64,000 nucleotides of DNA from Eledone cirrhosa. Taxonomy: Eukaryota. The first letter of the stretch is position 1. Each line of letters begins with the position of its first letter. Positions 13,501 to 26,296 of the stretch are shown piece by piece. The position numbers were made by a program, and so were the translations under genes. Where the stretch lies: the NCBI GenBank assembly GCA_964016885.1, contig OZ024742.1, forward strand, positions 202,492,001 to 202,556,000, given 5' to 3'. Under the pieces are notes generated by a model. That model was given only the letters and a program-made list of their open reading frames with translations. It was not told the DNA's origin and did no database searches.

Positions 13501-14103
13501 CGAGTGTAAACACCTAGCCCAGACTCACTATAAAGGCTGGAGACATGATGTGATGGGCAGGGTGATCCACTGGCACCTATACAACGTAAACAATTTACAA
13601 CATTCTGAGAATTGGTATGAGTATAAGCCAGAGTCGCTGATAGAAAACGATCAGGAGAAGGTGCTATGGGATTTTAGGATACAGACGGATAAGAATCTCG
13701 AACACAATAGGCCTGACCTGGTGGTTTGGGACAAGGAAAAAAGATTGTGCCTGATTGTAGATGTAGCCTGCCCATTCGACACGAGAATGCAAGAGAAGGA
13801 GAGGGAGAAAATTAACCGATACCAGGACTTAAAGTGGGAGGTAAAAAGGATTTGGAACTGCTATGAAGTCAGAGTGGTCCCGATTGTCTTAGGCGCACTA
13901 GGTACTATCTCAAAGAGTTTCCAAGGATGGTTAAAGAAATTTAGTCCAGTCCAGCATTTTGGAACACTTCAAAAGACATGCTTGCTGGGAACAGCAAGAA
14001 CCCTCCGATACGTCCTGAATGTCTGAGGCTGCAGGTAGCGGCTTGATATTTATTTCAACAAACTTTCCAGTTAATTAACATCAATGACTGAGACTCAAAG
14101 AAC
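10505..14103 (+). mobile_element. Near full-length R4/Dong-like RLE retrotransposon (same family as 7343-9360), degenerate
   Basis: A single long ORF is broken into 10615-12585, 12539-12850, 13007-13240 and 13337-14026, covering the N-terminal region, RT, CCHC and RLE. 12095-14103 aligns with 7343-9360. Ends in an AAT-repeat tail. The 5' boundary is approximate. Confidence 0.92.
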
Positions 14104-14367
14104 AATAATAATGATAATAATAATTTGAGTTTCGTTTACGTAATCTGTGGCCGCAGTTAATTTAGTCTCTATCTGATATTGTTTGACGACTGAAGTGCCA
14201 TCTATATAATCGGTAGATCTCCAGCTTGTCTGTCTGTGTGCTTCATTAGCAATTAAAATGAGATACGTGAATGCTAGGATCGGTAGTAATTCCCAAATTC
14301 CAGTTGGCAGGCGAAGATATCGACCGTAAAGTGCTACTCACCAGCGAATTCTTTAATAATAATATAA

Positions 14368-14892
14368 TAATTGTTTCTATTTTAGGCACAAGGCCAGCAA
14401 TTATCCAGTGCATTACTGGTACTTTATTTTATCGACTCCGTAATGATGAAAGGCAAAGTCAACCTCGGCGGGATTTGAACTCAGATCGTAAAGGGCCATA
14501 ACTCTATGCTGCAAATCATAGTATCTGACGCTCTACCGATACTGCCAATGCACCACCCTTAATAATTGTTTCTACTTAAGGGACAAGATCAGCAAATATC
14601 CCAGTGTAATCATTACTGGTGCTTTATTTTATCGATCCCGTAAGGCACAGTTAACCCTCCGCGGGATTTGAACTCAAACCGTAAAAGGCCGTAACTCTAA
14701 TAATGATAATAATAATAGTAATACTAGAAACAAGAACAACGAAATCAATAAAAGTGAGTAGAAATTTATGGTTAACTTTAAAATAATTTAAATTGAGAAA
14801 TAATTGTTTCTACTTTTGGCACAAGGCCAGCAATTACCCAGTGCATTACTGGTACTTTATTTTATCGACCCCGTAAGGATGAAAGGCAATGT
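14368..14892 (-). mobile_element. Cluster of three tRNA-SINE copies (14368-14560, 14563-14700, 14800-14892)
   Basis: Each matches the SINE at 5233-5416 (GGCACAAGGCCAGCAATT...ATCGACCCCGTAAGG...GATTTGAACTC). The second and third are truncated or diverged. Confidence 0.9.
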
Positions 14893-15000
14893 CTGAGAAA
14901 TAATGATATATATATATATCTTACGTTAACTATTTCCCCATTTTGATGAAATACTGTTGGCTTCTTGCTACAATAATTTCTATACTTTTCATTTATATAT

Positions 15001-15035
<35 letters not shown>

Positions 15036-15237
15036 AATATATATACATATATATAAATAAATATATATATATACATCTTACGTTAACTATTTTCCGATTT
15101 TGACGCTATAGTCACTTATATATTATGGAATACTGTTGGCTTCTTGCTACACTAATTTCTATACCTTTCATTTATATATATATATTATATATATATATAT
15201 ATAAATATATACATATATAAATATATATAAATATATA

Positions 15238-15311
<74 letters not shown>

Positions 15312-15314
15312 AAT

Positions 15315-15347
<33 letters not shown>

Positions 15348-15350
15348 AAT

Positions 15351-15383
<33 letters not shown>

Positions 15384-15535
15384 AATATATATACAGTATT
15401 TTCCGTTGTGTTGTAATATAAATATTAATATAACTAATACTTTGTAGATAGCAGCTGTTTTCAGGTTATGTAAGTGTTATAGAAACACGTGTCTATAAAT
15501 TCCTTTCAACTAAACTGTATCCATTCAAATATTTC

Positions 15536-15822
<287 letters not shown>

Positions 15823-15842
15823 TATATATATATATATATATA

Positions 15843-16246
15843 TGTAAAAGTTCTATTTAAATTGTTGTGATACAACAAGCAAATATTTTTATAACTGATA
15901 TAAAGCACTCAACAAATAATTGGAGTAAAAATACGATATTAACAAATGGAAACTATATTTATAAAACCATATTTATTTCATTATACATATTTCAGGGACA
16001 CCAAGTTAAATTATGATGTGCTTTCATCAGATAAAATATAACATAGACCAGTTTTATAAATAAATATTGACATACCCTTAAAAGTAATGATTGCATTCTT
16101 TAAGGGTATGTCAATATTTATTTATAAAACTGCTCTATATTATATTTTATCTGATGAAAGCACACCATAATTTAACTTGGTGTCCATGAAACATGTATAA
16201 TGAAATAAATATGGTTTTATAAATATAATTTCCATTTGTTAATATC

Positions 16247-16250
<4 letters not shown>
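15843..16250. mobile_element. Fold-back element, family H2 (PLE pLTR-like arms with hammerhead motif + tail)
   Basis: Arms 15931-16082 and 16099-16250, one-sided tail 15843-15930, (TA)n on both flanks. Confidence 0.85.
16143..16207 (+). ncRNA. Minimal type I hammerhead ribozyme motif (mirror copy on the minus strand at ~15974-16038)
   Basis: TATTTTAT-CTGATGA-stem II (ACACCA..TGGTGT)-GAAA-CATGTA-TA-ATGAAATA. Stem I has 8 bp including one G-U. This copy has a stem III mismatch that the mirror copy lacks. Confidence 0.7.
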
Positions 16251-16287
<37 letters not shown>

Positions 16288-17257
16288 TTAGGAAATTAAC
16301 AGAGAAAAAACAGCGAACGAAAACAAGGCAAATCGAAAATATATATATTTAAAAAAAATAAAAATACAAACGAAATTCACAGAAATCCAAGGTTTTCAGC
16401 CGTCCAGATGGATTTCTGGCAGTTTTGGTCCATATCGATGATACTATTCATCCACCTGCGCTCACAGTGTCTGACACAGGTCAAAGTGCCGTCCCTGATG
16501 CGCGAGACAAAACAATAATCTATACCAATTAAGGTATAACGTGGAGACATAGAATCTTATGTGACGTATAAATGTAGGTATCTTCCTTTTATAGCAACGA
16601 ATGTCTCGTGAAACTGAAACAAATCTAAAGACAAAAAAAGAAAAAGGAGAAAAAGGAAGAAAAACGACAAGAAAGAGAAAGTAAGATTATAATGAAGTAT
16701 TCCACTATCACTTTTAATAAGGTGAGAGAAGATCAATGCAGACTAAAAGGACTCGGCACATTAAGAATTCAAAACAAATGAAATACTCTTCGAAAGTTGA
16801 AGTTCTTGTTATTGAGGACGGTAAGGGTAGTAGAGCATAAATATTTAACGTGAAGACAAATCAAAGTTAACAACTTAAATCCATTTAATTTCTACGTTCA
16901 TTTTTATATAAGCGATAACAATACATGCATATATAAACAATAAGTTAATCGGGAACTTAATTAGCAATTATTTAAACAAAATATAATACATATAACATCC
17001 ACATATCATCAGGAATCACAAAAAGTGATAAAGTTTAACCAAATACAAATCTTAAGAACACACACAGTATCAAATGTTCGACATTGGCAAGCACATGGCG
17101 AAGAATGTACGCGAAATAGGTTTATGTGCAAAGTTGTAAAAGGTTGTGTTTTTAGTATGAGGTAAAAAGTTGTACATCATTAGTATCAATATTACTATTA
17201 TTATTTCCTATTACTGTTAGAAGAATATTCATTGATGGCTAAATAATATACACAGAG

Positions 17258-17398
17258 AGAAGTGTAAAAAGCTGGTAGTGAAGCGAAATTAGTTCAGAGG
17301 CCGCGATAATAATTAGTTTTTGTGTTAATGGATAATAATTATTATTATCGTGGCCTATGAACTAATTTCGCTTCGCTTCCAGCTTTGTTTACACTTCT
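17258..17398. repeat. Imperfect ~140-bp hairpin (MITE-like or fold-back relic)
   Basis: GAAGTGTAAA..AGCTGG..GAAGCGAAATTAGTTCA..GGCC versus GGCC..TGAACTAATTTCGCTTC..CCAGCT..TTTACACTTC. Confidence 0.7.
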
Positions 17399-17600
17399 TT
17401 GATTGGTCGGTAGAGGTCATGTGAATGTAAAAAATTGATTTTGCGCCAAATGTGTCGGCTGACTGAGAAATACGTCTTTCACAACAAATATGTGTGTGTG
17501 TGTGTAGTAGTAGTAAAGAGGTTCGTTGTTGTGATAATGGTCAGCAGGGATGTGTGTGCGAACCGCAGCCTGTTGACAGTTCAAATGCCTATTAAGACAA

Positions 17601-17650
<50 letters not shown>

Positions 17651-17757
17651 CAGAGTAATTCGTGGTAGAGGGATGGTCAGTAGGAATGTGTCTGTAAGTG
17701 TGTGGTGGATATTTTAACATGTTAAAAGATATTTTTCAGCTCTTGTCTTATGCGGAG

Positions 17758-17800
<43 letters not shown>

Positions 17801-17914
17801 GGTGTACATTATTCGATATTTTCAGTAAAATCGATTCTCTCAATAGAACATCAAAAACCTTAATAATAAAAGGTGTGAAATGATATATAGTATTGGCATA
17901 ATACCAAGGTGTAG

Positions 17915-18175
17915 GTGAGTGTGTCCAGATTGTACGTACTGCAAGGGGGGGGTCCATTAGGCCTTGCCGTATTGGAATACCTGTGCACAAATATGTATCT
18001 GGAGTGTGTCCAGAAATTGTATACCTGTGCACAAATTGTACACATGTATCTGGAGTGTGTCCAGAAATTGTATACCTGTGCACAAATATGTATCTGGAGT
18101 GTGTCCAGATTGTACGTACTGCAAGGGGAATTCATTAGGCCTTGCCGTATTGGAATACCTGTGCACAAATATGTA
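17915..18175. repeat. Nested minisatellite (units containing TGTATCTGGAGTGTGTCCAGA and TACCTGTGCACAAAT)
   Basis: Direct repeats read from the sequence. Confidence 0.85.
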
Positions 18176-18388
18176 TGTGCCCATCAGTGTGCAATGCATG
18201 TGTGCGTTTATGTATGTGTGTGTGTCGGCACGTTTATATCTATAGACATCAAAAGGTATGCAAATTTGTGTATATTTGTGTTGCACCATAGAACATGTGT
18301 GTTTACGTATGTCATTGTGTTTATATGTGGGTAGAGATGTATGCTTATGTAGGTATGTATGTTGACGTGTGAATGTTGTGGGTTCGTC

Positions 18389-18535
18389 TTAGGGAGAAGT
18401 GTTTAGACGGGGTCCGTATTTGTTAATAAAGTAAGATTCCTTGCTGCTGCGCTGGGTGTGGGTGGCATTATCTTTAAATTTGTAGAGGGGAAAGATTCTG
18501 AAGTTGGGATGATTTTGGGCGGCACAGGTATCAAT
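18389..18535 (-). pseudogene. C-terminal fragment of a PLE GIY-YIG endonuclease, next to (CTT)n at 18537-18617
   Basis: FRIFPLYKF..QRSSKESYFINKYGPRLN resembles the PLE GIY-YIG C-terminal R..KE..FI....P.LN motif. Confidence 0.55.
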
Positions 18536-19417
18536 GTCTTCTTCTTCTTCTTCTTCTTCTTCTTCTTCTTCTTCTTCTTCTTCTTCTTCTTCTTCTTCTT
18601 CTTCTTCTTCTTCTTCTGCTGCTAATAACGTTAGCATAACGGTTTCCTTATCTCATAAGATACCGTATGATTTTACAGATTATGTTTATATGTTTACAAG
18701 TGGACATAGAATTTGTGAAAATTTGCCGTAAAATAAATACATCACTTTTCCATGTGAAGTAGTCATAGTGCTGTTTTATATTGTTCAAGTATCTCTTCCT
18801 AATGATACGTGTCCTTTTTTGTTTTGATTCAAAACTATATAATAAACATTTACAATCTTCGAGTATCGACTTTCAGTTTTAACGTGACGCAATCATAACG
18901 CTCTTTTATACTTCCCAAGTAAGTCTCGCTAATGTGCTTTTATGTGGTGCAGGATGTTAAAAATTTTAGCCAACATACCCGGTGCTATTGTTGAAGAGTT
19001 AAAAACATTACTAAATTTACATTGCATAGCCATAAGCTTCTTTGGCATTATGTCAATGAGGAAAATTCTGGCAAATTCTCTAGTGGTACATTAAAAGGAA
19101 AGTACAATGGTCATGTTTTGTAAACAAGACATAAACAAAGCATAAACAGTTGTTAGAAACGTTAAGACATTTGCGATGAAATGTTTTTGTTGCAGTAAAA
19201 TGGTCAAGTTAATAAACAGGACACAAACATATCATAAATGATTGTTATATACTTTGGGACACGTTTTTATTTTTCCAGTAAAATCAGTAGCTAGATCCAA
19301 TTATTGGATTTATGTCGGCAAGAATCCTAGGATTCTTGTCTTGGCTTTTGCGTTTAATGGTTGGTTCTATATTTCCAGTAAAGTCATGAGCAAAAGAGTA
19401 ATATATATATATAGAGG

Positions 19418-19449
<32 letters not shown>

Positions 19450-19520
19450 AAGAGAGAGAAAGAGAGAGAAAGAGAGAGAAAGAGAGAGAAAGAGAGAGAA
19501 ATAGAGAGAGAGAGAAAGAA

Positions 19521-19633
<113 letters not shown>

Positions 19634-19904
19634 AAGAAAGAGAGAGACAGTGACAGAGAGAGAAAAAGGGCGAGAGGAGGGAGAAAAAAGGTGAAGGACG
19701 AGAGTGAGGAGAAAGATTCAGCTTAATCGAAGTATTGGAAGAAGAGATTTAGCTGGAAATCTAGAAGGAAATTGAAGCAAACAAGAGGAGGAAAAATGGA
19801 GTTGCTAGATTTCGTATTTACAATAAAAACAGTCGAATGTGTAGTGAAGCGAAACGACTTTCTAATTAATGCAAGGCTATAGTACTGTACTGCTATTAGT
19901 GTCA

Positions 19905-20002
<98 letters not shown>

Positions 20003-20041
20003 GCTCTCTCTCTCTCTGTCTCTCTATAAATATATATATAT

Positions 20042-20072
<31 letters not shown>

Positions 20073-20093
20073 CATATACACACACACACACAC

Positions 20094-20156
<63 letters not shown>

Positions 20157-20169
20157 ATATATATATATA

Positions 20170-20370
20170 GGAAAATGTATGACCCCAACGGCAGAGCTCA
20201 AGCCATTTCGACGGCTATTTCTGGACTAAATTTAGTCTAGAAATAGCCGTCGAAACCGCTTGAGCCCTGCCGTCGGGGTCATACATTTTCCTATTACCCA
20301 CTCTACTACCCAAAGTATTGAGTACACTGGTGCGCTATGTCCATCTGGTTTCTTACTACAACTCCTTCGC
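20170..20370 (+). mobile_element. Hairpin-plus-tail element, family H1, copy 2
   Basis: Arms GGAAAATGTATGACCCC...GGGGTCATACATTTTCC, then tail TATTACCCACTCTACTACCCAAAGTATTGAGTAC. Follows (TA)n. Confidence 0.85.
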
Positions 20371-20394
20371 TATGTATGTATGTATGTATGTATG

Positions 20395-20425
<31 letters not shown>

Positions 20426-20702
20426 GTGTATGTGTGTATATATATATATGTGTGTGTGTGTGTTGTTCTCTCCCAGTCACTCACTTATTCACAATCTTCT
20501 ATCTGTCTAAATATCTGTTTATCACCTTCTGCATCTTTCACCAATCTCTCCTCCTCTCTTTCCCATGTACAGCTATTCTAAAGAAGCAGCCAGTCAGCCA
20601 CCAACCACAATCGAGTTTGACGAAAGGACATGACAATGTCACGCTTCGTTCTTCAAGTTTATAAACCGCATCGTTTTACATTGTTCTCTCAAGACAAAAT
20701 TT

Positions 20703-20935
20703 TCCATGGCTTGGCTGCAAGATTTTACTGTATCAACCAGATCGGACCATTGAAGGGGTGTTTCTGGATCTACATCGGTTTCAACGATGAGTTTCAGTTC
20801 TTGAACCATATAATATATATCCCATGGTTTGGCTGCAAGATTTTACTGTATCAAACAGATCAGATCGTTGAAGGGATGTTGCTGGATCTTCATCGGTTTC
20901 AACGATGAGTTTCAGTTGTTTAACCATATAATATA
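20703..20935. repeat. Tandem duplication of an ~118-bp unit
   Basis: CCATGG(C/T)TTGGCTGCAAGATTTTACTGTATCAA...TTTCAACGATGAGTTTCAG..AACCATATAATATAT occurs twice. Confidence 0.85.
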
Positions 20936-21716
20936 TGTATATATACATATGAAACTATCCTTGCAATTCCAACGTGGTAAAAGCAGCGAGTATGGATTGG
21001 TTTTATTAGAAGTTTCCAGCGAAGCTTTTCACTTAGCAAGTTGCTTTGATAAGAATGATCAGGTACAGATATAGGAAGGTCGAAAGAAATTTTGCGTTGG
21101 TTATGATTATGTATGTCAACAAAGGATACATATATATGTTCCTAATAAAATATATGTTGTACAGATTCTCTGCTCAATTCTTGAGGTTCAGTATTCACTC
21201 TTGCTACCTCACTCTATGGGAAAGTGACTTATAGTGAAATTTATCAGATCGTCAGGCCAATAGAAAACTTGTAAATGAAATGCAGACTTATCAACCTCTA
21301 AAATCCCAAACGGGGAATACCATAAAAAGAAGTTCCCCAAAACACGGAGAAATGAGGCAAAAGGGGGAGATTTTACATAATGAAAGCTATACCCATTTTC
21401 ACAAGAGAAGACATCTTTCACCCACCCCAAAGTGAGTGATAGATTTCGCTGTCGGACGGGAATATTTTGTCAGGTCTGGAAATGTGATGAGCTCTCGTTG
21501 TGGGACATGGGTGTAAAACCAGTTAAACCATCTATTCCAGATAATCACAAAAACATTTTCTTACAGCAATTTGAACTGAGACAAAGAAAAATTAAAAGAT
21601 CCTGCACAGAAACGCAAATAAACAGCAACATTGGATTCAGATTTATGGTCCCTTAATACAGAGGATTATACTTTATCTACTGAGCTATTTCACCTTTACA
21701 ATGTATGCCCCTCTCA

Positions 21717-21818
<102 letters not shown>

Positions 21819-22137
21819 TCTGACCTCAGAAGTAATTTCTTAGGATAGACGTGCCTTATAGAGGCTTCAGCTACATGGACAGCATATTCCTATATATTAT
21901 AACCCTCTGAAACGATTGTAAAACAGTGGATTCATTCTTATACCTTGTCAATTTTCTTTCAATGTTCAGCATGACACACCTGACTCGATACCTTTTGAAT
22001 ACTCAACGACGTATAATGAAATACAACTATTCGGAAAAAAACAAATTTCGCCTTGGTTCGATGAGATATCCACATCATCACCTACATCAAGTTATTAAAT
22101 GTTATAACTCCTACCTTAACTAGATAGAACATGAATA

Positions 22138-22247
<110 letters not shown>

Positions 22248-22261
22248 AGTGTGTGCGTGTA

Positions 22262-22296
<35 letters not shown>

Positions 22297-22409
22297 GTGA
22301 ATGTATGTATAGTGTATTTGGCAATATACCGTATGTTCAATTAAAACATTTTGAAGACCTTGCGCTATCATTTTTAAATTAGTGATTATGTCACTTACTT
22401 CTTTTTTTC

Positions 22410-22615
22410 GGCAAGGCTTAGTAGTTAGAGAGTCTGGTTTAGAATCGTAAGGTTGTGTGTTAGATTCTCGAATCGAGCTTTGCGTTGCACTCTTGAGAAA
22501 GACACTTTATTTCACGTTGTTCCAGTTTATTCAGTTGTAGGAATTAGTTGCGACGTCACTGATGCCAAGTTGTATCGGACTTTGCCTTTCCCTTGAAAAA
22601 CATCACGGCATGGAA
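22410..22615 (+). mobile_element. Diverged tRNA-derived SINE (second family)
   Basis: Box A-like GGCTTAGTAGTTAG and a degenerate box B (GTTAGATTC), then a TTGAGAAAGACACTTTATTTCAC core typical of mollusc SINE bodies (recalled, not searched). Confidence 0.55.
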
Positions 22616-22935
22616 AAGAGTGCAACTCCCATGGCCATTCGTGACAAAGCACAACAGAAACACATTTCAATTTTACTTTTCAAAAGCATAAGACCTGTAA
22701 AACCTGTAAAGTAAATAAATAAATACTCTTAAAAAGACTCCAGCTGCATTTTCAATTTCTTTTCCTTATACTTTCACCCGTGTAGGACATCTTATTTTTT
22801 TCTGTTTTTTTTAAACTTCATTTTCTTTTTTATATATGTATATATATATATATATTATATATATATATAATATTATTATTATATATATATATTAATATTA
22901 TTATCCCACAATGCTTCAAGCAAACTTCAATACTC

Positions 22936-22991
<56 letters not shown>

Positions 22992-23234
22992 TACAGACAA
23001 ATATGTGAACTTTTCTCCCTAAATATATATGTAAAAACAATTCTTTTCCCATATTCTTATTATTCTTATCAATATGCAATTTAATTGCATTATACACTTC
23101 CGTCGTGTAATAACGCGTATAAGCTGAAACCGGTACAATTAAATGCGGAAATCTCTATTTTGTAAATAAATGTTTTGACGTTATTCTGAGAGAAAATCCC
23201 TTTAGCATTTTCTACTGTTTTCTTTTTCTTTTTA

Positions 23235-23279
<45 letters not shown>

Positions 23280-23281
<2 letters not shown>

Positions 23282-23478
23282 AACCAGTAAGACCCCGACA
23301 GCTGAGCTCAAGCCGTTTCGACGGCTAATTCTGGACTAATGAGTCCAGAATTAGCCGTCGAAACGGCTTGAGCTAAGCTGTCGGGGTCTTACTGGTTCCT
23401 ATTACCCACTCTACTACCTCAAGTATTGAGTACTTGGGTGCGTTATGGTCCACCTGGTTCCTTACCACATTTCCTTCG

Positions 23479-23479
<1 letters not shown>
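23280..23479 (+). mobile_element. Hairpin-plus-tail element, family H1, copy 3
   Basis: Near-perfect ~58-bp arms around loop AATG (~23338-23341), then the tail. (TA)n on both sides. Confidence 0.88.
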
Positions 23480-23517
<38 letters not shown>

Positions 23518-23521
23518 GATG

Positions 23522-24225
23522 TATGGAGAATAGAAATGGCTGTGTAGTTGCTATTTAACGTAACTTAAAATGCAGTGGGAATACGAAGAAAGCAAGAACG
23601 GAGTGGAGGGTGGTCCTCATCAGTTGTCTACTGGGGGTCTCGGATATTTCTACGCTTTAAAGACAAGATACCATTTCACCCCAGGGCGTCAATAACTGGA
23701 TAAGTTATTGGGAAAACGAAGGAAGGGGGAAGGAAAGCAAAGGGGAAGAAAAGGGAAAACAGTAACAAAACAGCGAAAAAAAACAACAAACCGAGCAATA
23801 TGCGAGCAACTACAGGTAGGAAATCTAAGACCACTCGATAAGAGAACTTAAGTTCAAGACTGAGTGGTCGAGAGGAACAACACACGTCCGATCGCCGCAG
23901 TTGTAAGTGAGAAGAGAACTGCTAAGCGGTCAGGCGAGGGGGTGAAAGTGAGAGGGAGAAAGGGAGAGGAAGAAAGTGGGATAAGAGTAGATAGGGAGAA
24001 ACGGAGGGGAAGAAAGAGGAGTGAGAGTAGAAAGTGGCGAAATAGATAGGTAGAAGGGGAGAGAAGAATGGTCACAGCGAAATACATGATGAAATATATG
24101 GAGAATAGAAATGGCTGTGTAGTTACTATTTAAGGTAACTTAAAATGCAGTGGGAATAGGGAGAAAGCAAGAACGTGGGAGGGGGGAGTTTTCCTCATCA
24201 GTTGTCTACTGAGGGTTTCGGATAT
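23522..24225 (-). mobile_element. Element bounded by ~128-bp direct repeats (23522-23648, 24096-24225), each with CTGATGAGG on the minus strand
   Basis: Direct repeats read by eye, with a purine-rich interior. Flanked by (TA)n. Confidence 0.6.
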
Positions 24226-24684
24226 ATATATATATATATATATATATCGAGTTTTGAAACGCAAGTGTATAAGAATTCTCAGGAAAAAGGAAAATCGCGA
24301 CATATGGAAGCTGTTAGAACAGCAAAATACCGCCGAAGCGGCGTTGGGTAAAATATTACCTCGAAGAACAGAAAGCAGTGGCTCGATTTGAGTTGACTCG
24401 AAAGACAGAAGAGAAGATAGGAAGGAGGAAATAGAATGGATGAAAGAGAACAGATGACTAACATTAAAATATGCTCTTCGGATCTCAACTTTCTGAAGTT
24501 TCGACGAATTAATTCGTCGAAACTGCAACGTTAAGGCCAAGCTTTAACCGTTTTGATGCTTTAAGCTTGAACGCGGGGTTCATATGCATTCATTAATATC
24601 TACATACTACTTTCATTTTTTTAAAAATACTAATTAACTTATAATTAACTTACTAGTCCTTCATTTGTCACATTTTATCCTAAC

Positions 24685-24755
24685 ATATTTATGTGTCTGT
24701 CTAAGCGTGTCTGTCTCTGTGTTTGTGCGTGTCTGTCTGTGTGTGTGTGGGTGTG

Positions 24756-24820
<65 letters not shown>

Positions 24821-24883
24821 CGTGTGTGTGTGTGTGTGGGTGTGTGTGTGTGTGTGGGTGTGTGTGTGTGGGTGTGTGGGTGT

Positions 24884-24971
<88 letters not shown>
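24685..24971. repeat. Long (GT)n microsatellite
   Basis: Read directly. Confidence 0.97.
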
Positions 24972-24977
<6 letters not shown>

Positions 24978-25288
24978 ACAATAATCACTCTAGAAATAAA
25001 AACTGCAACATATAAAAGAATTTTGAAAAAAAAAAAATTAAATATGGGAAATATTTATGGGAAAAAATATGAAAATTTCCATAAAATTGTACAAAATGGT
25101 TCTCCGAGTGGAAGGAAATCTTTATTTAGTGTGAGATCTGTTAAAGACTGAAATACCGGATGCAGGTGTCCATTACTCTGTTACTTTCAACTCAAGCGTC
25201 TTATAGAAGATCTCTTCTGAGATCTCCTTTAGATATAGATTTACATCTAGTTCTTACTAGTAATTTAGTAAATATATATATATGTATA

Positions 25289-25333
<45 letters not shown>

Positions 25334-25417
25334 ATATATATATGTGTGTGTGTGTGTATGTATGTATATATATATGTGTATATGTATATGCATGGATATA
25401 TATATATATATATATAT

Positions 25418-25880
25418 GGAAAGTTATATTTAAATTGTTGGGTTACAACTAGTAAATATTTATAACTGATATAAAAGCACTCGACAAATATTTGGAGTAT
25501 ATTTACAATATTAAATAAATGGAAACTATATTTATAAAACCATATTTATTTCATTATATATATTTCAGGGATATCATATTAACAATATGCTATGCCTTCC
25601 TCAGACAAAATACAATATAAACAGTTTTATAGATAAATAGATTCGACATACCGTAACATCTACTTGCATTTGAGAAGGTTGATTTGGTAGTCACTACCAA
25701 ATCAACCTTCTCAAATGCAAGTAGATGTTACGGTATGTCGAATCTATTTATCTATAAAACTGTTTATATTGTATTTTGTCTGAGGAAGGCATAGCATATT
25801 GTTAATATGATATCCCTGAAATATATATAATGAAATAAATATGGTTTTATAAATATAGTTTCCATTTATTTAATATTGTA
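25418..25880. mobile_element. Fold-back element, family H2: apparently perfect 188-bp arms (25504-25691 / 25693-25880) + tail 25418-25503
   Basis: Palindrome centred on C25692 (GGTAGT-C-ACTACC). Arms and tail are homologous to 15843-16250. Embedded in (TA)n. Confidence 0.9.
25772..25837 (+). ncRNA. Minimal type I hammerhead ribozyme motif (mirror copy on the minus strand at ~25547-25612)
   Basis: TATTTTGT-CTGAGGA-AGG..CATATT gtt AATATG..CCT-GAAA-TATATA-TA-ATGAAATA, with a palindromic stem III. Confidence 0.75.
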
Positions 25881-25949
25881 TATATATATATATATATATA
25901 TGTATGTAGATATATATGTATGTATATATATATATACACACATATGTAT

Positions 25950-25989
<40 letters not shown>

Positions 25990-25993
25990 TATA

Positions 25994-26065
<72 letters not shown>

Positions 26066-26230
26066 AACATATATATTTATATATATATATTTGTATATAT
26101 CTCCAACCGTCTACAGAATCTCCAACCGCTGAAGAAGACTTTAGCCGATTTCGCATTACTTCTGTAACAAGGAGACTGGATAGCATTGAGCTTCTCTCAT
26201 CTTTACCAGTATCTCTATTGGAATATCACC

Positions 26231-26296
<66 letters not shown>

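Noticed and set aside
21200-21660. Degenerate coding fragment
   Set aside because: No frame gave a motif I could identify with confidence.
24490-24535. Hammerhead at the TTTCGACGAATTAATTCGTCGAAA palindrome
   Set aside because: The core reads CTGAAGT and stem III is poor, so it cannot be distinguished from a simple short hairpin.
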